Below, in pieces: positions 18,701 through 22,560 of a stretch of DNA of 22,560 nt (the first letter of the stretch is position 1; each line of letters begins with the position of its first letter). Below the pieces are notes generated by a model that saw nothing but the letters and a program-made list of their open reading frames with translations, did no database searches and was not told the origin of the DNA. The stretch is from positions 1-22,560 of the forward strand of contig JBHGAY010000046.1 of the NCBI GenBank assembly GCA_041946735.1. Reading direction: 5' to 3'. The stretch is from Candidatus Eiseniibacteriota bacterium. GTDB lineage: Bacteria; Eisenbacteria; RBG-16-71-46; CAIMUX01; VGJL01. A program made the position numbers and the translations under genes.

Positions 18701-19264
18701 GCGCAGAACCTGCCGCTCCTCGGGGATCCCATGGTCCTGCAGCTCGATGTAGAAGCCGTCGAGGACGTCCCGGTAGTAGCGGGCCGCCTCCATCGCCGCG
18801 TCGAAGCGGTCTTCGCGCAGCCGGACGTTCACCTCGCCGTTCAAGCAGGCGGAGAGGCCGATCAGTCCCTCCCCGTGCTTCGAGAGCAGCTCGCGGTCGA
18901 TGCGGGGCCGGTGATAGAGGCCTTCGAGGAACGCCGCGCTCGACAGCTTCAGCAGGTTCTGGTAGCCGGCGCGGTTGCGCGCGATCAGGACGAGATGGAA
19001 GTTGTTCCTCTCTCCCTTCGGAAGGTTGCGGTCGTGGCGCGAGCCGGGGGCGATGTAGGTCTCGATCCCCAGGAGCGGATGGATCCCGCGAGCCTTCGCC
19101 TCGCGGTAGAACTCGACGAGCCCGAAGAGGTTGCCGTGGTCGGTCATCGCGACCGCCGGCATTCCGAGCGCGCGCGCGCGTTCGATCAGCTCCGGGATCC
19201 GGCAAGCGCCGTCGAGGAGGCTGAACTGCGTGTGATTGTGAAGATGGACGAAGCCCGCGCTCAC
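15749..19264 (-). CDS. dnaE: DNA polymerase III alpha subunit
   Basis: FVHLHNHTQFSLLDG, GPGRGSAAGS, FERFLNPER, MPDIDVDF, HAAGVVI, GLLKMDFLGL, YQEQVMQIA, YGFNKSH, clamp-binding-like QASLF (16538-16552) and an OB-fold region; 1171 aa, uninterrupted. Confidence 0.98.
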   Translation of the reverse strand: MSAGFVHLHNHTQFSLLDGACRIPELIERARALGMPAVAMTDHGNLFGLVEFYREAKARGIHPLLGIETYIAPGSRHDRNLPKGERNNFHLVLIARNRAGYQNLLKLSSAAFLEGLYHRPRIDRELLSKHGEGLIGLSACLNGEVNVRLREDRFDAAMEAARYYRDVLDGFYIELQDHGIPEERQVLRRLVDLAREGDFPLVATNDSHYLDRAHAKAHDALLCIQTGKLQSDAGRLRFDTDEMFLKSREEMEKLFGEVPDALENTVRIAESCDVPLEFGKLRLPHFPCPEPYASLDDYLDALCREGLERRYPGAGEDLQRRLAMELDVIHRMGYSGYFLIVQDFIAYARSQGIPVGPGRGSAAGSLVAYCLGITNIDPIRYKLIFERFLNPERISMPDIDVDFSDRGRPQVIRYVIDKYGADNVTQIITFGTMAARAVVRDVGRVMNLPYGEVDRIAKMVPSTLHITLEKALEQSPDLKKRYDEDPRVRELVETGRVLEGLARHASTHAAGVVISPTPLVENVPLYRSSEGEVTTQWDMSSVETIGLLKMDFLGLRTLTVLQDCLEMIEKHHGVRVDLDLLPLEDPEVYALFARGETIGIFQFESSGMTEYLRKLKPESLEDLIAMNALYRPGPLGSGMIDDFIQRKQGSKAIRYEHPCLEPILRDTYGIIVYQEQVMQIASAMAGYSLGESDLLRRAMGKKKQEIMDEQGAIFVERSVARGIPADTARKVFEKMAYFAGYGFNKSHSAGYALVAFHTAWLKAHYPAEFLAASLTSEMSDKDRVMILQAEARRLSIQVLPPDVNVSESCFSVQNGAIRFGLEAVKGVGHQAVEAILEARSCGSFTSLYDFCERVDPARVNRKCIENLIQAGALDALGGHRAQQLESIPSAVEHGARLRREREMGQASLFGGPSEAPPPPPALADVPEWPRLHLLAREKDALGFYVSGHPLEEIRSVLSRLGVVPIQKIEVLRDNETILSAGIPTQIRKSVDKRGNPIAFFVLEDDTGTIECLVFSDAFQAYGSHLDGEPRLLVRGKISTREEEKPKLRVEEIQAIDQLRGEGKLTLHLAMPARTTDEDLESILATLDRYPGSSPVWLHVDPLGLEGVQIRLRERGVEIRDLLLAPLEAQLGASSVRLTIGEPRATRSQEIFGTNGFSRREASVLDDRMAVQ

Positions 19265-19318
19265 TCGGCACCCCCCCCGCGCGCCGGACGATACGGCACT
19301 CGATGCGTTCGACGCGCC

Positions 19319-19347
19319 AAAATATCACAGGGATGGAGCGCCGACAA
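19319..19347 (-). promoter_or_regulatory. Putative sigma70-type promoter for dnaE
   Basis: Minus strand TTGTCG-17 bp-TATTTT with an extended TGn, about 55 bp upstream of the dnaE start. Confidence 0.5.
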
Positions 19348-19422
19348 GGAGACCGCCGCAGAGTGCGCCGAGTGCCTTCTGCCGTAGCGCCGCATGAGCG
19401 AGCGGCGCGGCGGCTGGCGACG

Positions 19423-19451
19423 TTGACACCCCTCGGGGCCGTTCCTACACT
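19423..19451 (+). promoter_or_regulatory. Near-consensus sigma70-type promoter for the zinc-ribbon protein gene
   Basis: TTGACA (19423-19428), exactly 17 bp, then TACACT (19446-19451); RBS GAGGTG before ATG 19537. Confidence 0.7.
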
Positions 19452-19536
19452 GCGTCTCGACATTCCGTTTCCGATCGACGCAGCCTGCGAGCACGTGGGA
19501 TGACGCGCGGCTTCCGGCCGCACGGCGAGGTGATCC

Positions 19537-20457
19537 ATGGCCGGATCGAAGAAGACACGACCCGTTTCCAAAGCGGCATCGAAGGGGCCCGCGAAGAGCG
19601 CGAGCCGGCGGGCCGCGCCCGCGCAGTCCCGGACGGCAGCGAAGGCGGACAAGAAGACGCCCCCCGAGGCGCGCAAGCGGACGGCGGCGGAGGCGGGCAG
19701 GAAGACGACGCGGGACGCGGAGGCGACGCGCGGGGCGCCGGCAAGGACGCCGGCAAGGACGAAGCCGCCGAAGCCCGGCGCGGCGTCCGCCGCGCCGGCC
19801 CCCTCCGCTACCGAATCGAGGCAGATCGAACGGCTCGAGGCGGACATCCGCCGGCTCGAAGCGGACCGTGACGCGCTCGCCGCCCTCCAGGAAGCCGCCA
19901 TGATGGAGCGCGAGATCCTCAAGGAGCAGCTCGCCGAGGCGGAGCGAACGATCGAATCGCTGGAGCGCGGGCCGCGCCCGCGGGGCGGCGCGCGGTCGCC
20001 CTCCTCCACGGAGCCCCTCGGGGAGGAGGACTCCCCCACCGAGGGCGGCGGCTCGTCCGTGGCGTCCGAGCGGCCGTCCGCGTCTGCGTCCGCGGACGAA
20101 GCCGGGATCGACGAGGACGAAGCGGACGCCGAGGACGAGACGGAGGAGGCCGACGAGGAGGACGAGGCGGACGAGGGCGAATCGATCTACGACCGGTTCG
20201 ACGACCCGCGCGTGCGGCGCAAGGAGCTCGACCGCGAGCGGATCGACCGCGAGGAGGAGTCGCAGGGAGAGGGCTTCTGGATGATCTGCCCGAAGTGCGG
20301 CGACCATCTCGAGGAGGTCGAGTCCGACGGAGTCAAGATCGACCGCTGCGAGGGATGCGGCGGGATCTATCTCGATCGCGGGGAGCTGGAGATGTTGCTG
20401 ACCTTCGCGCGCGGTCGCCGAGGACACACTCGCGTCCGCAGCATCCTGCAGGTCTGA
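19537..20457 (+). CDS. Protein with a basic low-complexity N-terminus, coiled coil, acidic tract and C-terminal zf-TFIIB-like zinc ribbon
   Basis: C-terminal MICPKCGDHLEEV...VKIDRCEGCGGIYLDRGELEML matches the bacterial zf-TFIIB pattern. Good RBS and promoter. Confidence 0.88.
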   Translation: MAGSKKTRPVSKAASKGPAKSASRRAAPAQSRTAAKADKKTPPEARKRTAAEAGRKTTRDAEATRGAPARTPARTKPPKPGAASAAPAPSATESRQIERLEADIRRLEADRDALAALQEAAMMEREILKEQLAEAERTIESLERGPRPRGGARSPSSTEPLGEEDSPTEGGGSSVASERPSASASADEAGIDEDEADAEDETEEADEEDEADEGESIYDRFDDPRVRRKELDRERIDREEESQGEGFWMICPKCGDHLEEVESDGVKIDRCEGCGGIYLDRGELEMLLTFARGRRGHTRVRSILQV

Positions 20458-20478
20458 TCGTTCCCGCCCTGGTGGCGA

Positions 20479-20507
20479 CGGCGGGGGCCGGCGGCCGGCT
20501 TCCGCCG
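20479..20507 (+). terminator. GC-rich hairpin between convergent genes
   Basis: CGGCGGGGGCCGG-CGG-CCGGCTTCCGCCG, a 13-bp stem with two G-U pairs on the + strand; no U-tract. Confidence 0.35.
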
Positions 20508-20514
20508 CCCGCGC

Positions 20515-21255
20515 TCAGCGGCTACGCGTAACCCCGATGCGCGGGCAGCGCGCTGCGACGACGCACGTCGAGCACCATGGGGAGAGCGGCGTGCAGACCT
20601 TGCGCCCGAAGCGCACCAGCAGCTCGTTGTAGTCCCACCAAAGCGGGCGCGGCAGCCGCTCCCGCAACACCCGCTCCGTCTCGTCGGGCTTTCGCGTCTG
20701 CACGAATCCCAGGCGGTTCGATACCCGATGGACGTGCGTGTCGACGCAGAGGGCCGCGATCCGGTGCCCGAGCAGGAGCACGAGGTTCGCGGTCTTCCGG
20801 CCGACGCCGGGCAGCGCGAGAAGCTCTTCCATCCGGTCCGGGACGCGCCCCCCATGCCGCTCGCGAAGCAGCCTTGCGATCGCTCGCAGATGCTTCGCCT
20901 TCGTGCGATAGAACCCGGCGGGATAGATCGCCTTTTCGATCTTCGCGGCGGGCAGGCGCTCGAGGCTCGCGGGGTCCGGAGCGAGGGCGAGCAGGCGGCG
21001 CGTTGCGGGAACCGTCACCTCGTCCTTCGTCCGGAGGCTGATGACGGTGCCGACGAGCACCTCGAAGGGATCCCCCTCGTCTCCGGCGATCTCGTTCATC
21101 GCCGCCGGCGGCAGCTCGAGCAGCTCGCGCAGGCGTTTCACGACCCAGCGCATGCGCGCACGAAGATCGCGAAGGCTCTCGCTGCTGAAGGCGGGGTCGC
21201 GCTTCGAGCCGGGATCGCTCTGCGAGCCGGTCAGCGGGCGGGCGAGCCGGACCAT
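20515..21255 (-). CDS. nth: Endonuclease III (HhH-GPD DNA glycosylase/AP lyase with a [4Fe-4S] motif)
   Basis: PFEVLVGTVISLRTKD, GFYRTKA, HhH LLALPGVGRKTA, VDTHVHR and CTPLSPWCSTCVVAARC. The start is either ATG 21255 (overlapping the upstream gene) or ATG 21153. Confidence 0.93.
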   Translation of the reverse strand: MVRLARPLTGSQSDPGSKRDPAFSSESLRDLRARMRWVVKRLRELLELPPAAMNEIAGDEGDPFEVLVGTVISLRTKDEVTVPATRRLLALAPDPASLERLPAAKIEKAIYPAGFYRTKAKHLRAIARLLRERHGGRVPDRMEELLALPGVGRKTANLVLLLGHRIAALCVDTHVHRVSNRLGFVQTRKPDETERVLRERLPRPLWWDYNELLVRFGRKVCTPLSPWCSTCVVAARCPRIGVTRSR

Positions 21256-22382
21256 CGCCCGCGAAGCGTTCCCCAGGTGGTCGCCTGCGTCGGAACGACC
21301 GCAGCTTCCCAGGCCAATCCGAGCGCGCTCCACAGGATCGTCCCGCCATCGCCGACGGCCACGAACCCTCCGCCTTCGCCGCTGCCGGTGTACGCGACGC
21401 CCCGCAGGTTCTGCGTCGTTCCCGAGTCGACCGCCGTCCAGCTCGATCCTCCATTGGAGTAGAGGATGGTCCCTTCGTCCCCGACGGCGACGCCGAAGTT
21501 GCCGAAGAAGGTGACGGCGCGCAGGGCACGCGTCGTCCCGGACGGGATCGCTTCCCAGGTTTGCGGATTCGGGAGGGATCGCAGGATCGTCCCGCCATCC
21601 CCCACGGCCCAGAACCTCCCTGGCGTGGCCCCGGGGCCGCCGGCGACTCCAAAGAGATCGCGATCGGTCGGGACCTGCGCAGCGGAAGACCAGGACTGCG
21701 TCGAGACGATGGTGGCCCAGAGGATCGTCCCCGAGTCGCCGACCGCGATCGCGTACGACTCGTTGCTCGTCACGGCTCGGAGGTCGCGGGAGGTCGCGAG
21801 GGAGTCGAGCCGCTCCCAATCGCCGAGTCCCTGCGTAGGGGTGCGGAGGATGATTCCGCCGGCGCCGACGGCGACGAGCCGCTCTCTCGCGTGGCTGACG
21901 CCGAACAGGTCGACCGAAGTGCCGGAGACGCGTGGAAGCCAACCGACGCCGTCACCGGTGATGCTGCGCAACAGCCGCCCTCGATCGCCCACCACGACGT
22001 AATCGGTCGCGCCGGTCGTCGCCGCGCGCAGTTTCTCGACGACGTGCGTCGCGGCAGCGAACCAGGCGCGGTGCGGCGCCTGCGGGGAATAGAGGATCGT
22101 GCCGCTGTCGCCGACGGCGACCGCCGTCGTGCCGCGCGACACCACTCCATAGTAGTCGACCGCCGCGCACGGGAGCGCCGAGGCGAGCAGGAGAGGGATC
22201 AGGAGCAGAAGCGGCATAGGGAAGATGGCGCTCTTGGCGATGGCGCACGCGCCCCGCGTTGCCACGGTACGCGCCGATGACCGCCCCGATGCACTCGCCG
22301 ATGCCCACGCCGTTGCGCGCGCGTGTGCGCGCCGGCGCGAGAGCCGGCCTCTGCCGGAGAACGTTCGGACTGTTGGAGACAT
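21231..22382 (-). CDS. Secreted YCF48/BNR-like beta-propeller protein (7 repeats) with a C-terminal TWG tail
   Basis: Seven repeats of (A/V)VG(D/A).G.(I/L)L, most preceded by L..V and followed by W, plus hydrophobic signal PLLLLIPLLLASALPCAA. The start is either ATG 22382 (GGGAG RBS) or ATG 22217. Confidence 0.85.
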   Translation of the reverse strand: MSPTVRTFSGRGRLSRRRAHARATAWASASASGRSSARTVATRGACAIAKSAIFPMPLLLLIPLLLASALPCAAVDYYGVVSRGTTAVAVGDSGTILYSPQAPHRAWFAAATHVVEKLRAATTGATDYVVVGDRGRLLRSITGDGVGWLPRVSGTSVDLFGVSHARERLVAVGAGGIILRTPTQGLGDWERLDSLATSRDLRAVTSNESYAIAVGDSGTILWATIVSTQSWSSAAQVPTDRDLFGVAGGPGATPGRFWAVGDGGTILRSLPNPQTWEAIPSGTTRALRAVTFFGNFGVAVGDEGTILYSNGGSSWTAVDSGTTQNLRGVAYTGSGEGGGFVAVGDGGTILWSALGLAWEAAVVPTQATTWGTLRGRWSGSPAR

Positions 22383-22471
22383 CTTCGACTCCCGAGTTGG
22401 CGATGGAACGGCCGCGGAGATCCGCGGAACGCTTCACGGAGCCTCGCCATGGACATGGCGGACCGTCGGCG

Positions 22472-22500
22472 ATTCTAGCCGAACGGAGATATGCCGGAAA
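22472..22500 (-). promoter_or_regulatory. Putative sigma70-type promoter for the propeller-nth unit
   Basis: Minus strand TTTCCG-17 bp-TAGAAT, about 90 bp upstream of ATG 22382. Confidence 0.4.
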
Positions 22501-22560
22501 CGAAAGCTTCGGCGAACGTTTCGGAGATCGAACCGTCCGAGATCGGGGAGATCTCCCCGA

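Noticed and set aside
15749..19264. Intein or split in dnaE, or an error-prone dnaE2
   Set aside because: The length is normal, I see no intein splice motifs or insertion, there are no imuA/imuB neighbours, and the PHP and clamp motifs fit the replicative enzyme.
19271..19278. G8 run (minus strand) just upstream of the dnaE start as a phase-variation tract
   Set aside because: It is short, expected in a GC-rich genome, probably serves as the RBS, and precedes an essential gene.
15746..20039. Very long alternative ORFs 15746..19387 (+, 1213 aa) and 16494..20039 (-, 1181 aa)
   Set aside because: They are antisense or off-frame shadows of dnaE. High GC3 suppresses stops, and the products are Arg/Ala/Gly/Pro-rich or mirror-codon sequences with no motifs.
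21231..22382. YCF48-like repeats as evidence of photosynthesis
   Set aside because: This propeller repeat is widespread in non-phototrophs and no photosystem genes are present.
22355..22540. GAAC/GTTC words as a LexA box for nth
   Set aside because: The spacing matches neither GAAC-N4-GTTC nor GAAC-N7-GAAC.

Overview
A very GC-rich bacterial chromosomal segment of mostly core and cell-envelope genes; I see no mobile element, CRISPR array, rRNA or tRNA. Left to right: the 3' part of an S8 (subtilisin-like) protease with a FlgD-Ig/T9SS-type-A-like C-terminal domain; a 1561-aa lipoprotein with ten Big_5/SbsA-like Ig repeats; a secreted alpha/beta-hydrolase-fold protein that appears to lack its catalytic residues; and a small hypothetical gene. 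Next comes a long minus-strand run: dnaE, a PHP phosphoesterase, ccmE, ccmF, a CcmI-like gene, an accessory membrane protein, then ccmA, ccmB, ccmC and ccmD. This is cytochrome c maturation System I in the variant with a CxxxY CcmE, with no ccmG or ccmH in the cluster. Divergent from dnaE is a basic/coiled-coil/acidic/zinc-ribbon protein, followed by nth and a secreted seven-repeat YCF48-like propeller ending in a 'TWG' tail. The C-terminal tails suggest an FCB-related lineage such as Eisenbacteria, Krumholzibacteriota or Latescibacterota (inference only). All calls come from reading motifs by eye; no searches were run. The best leads are the extended ccm operon, the probable pseudo-hydrolase, the DQD-loop Ig lipoprotein and the charge-segregated zinc-ribbon protein.
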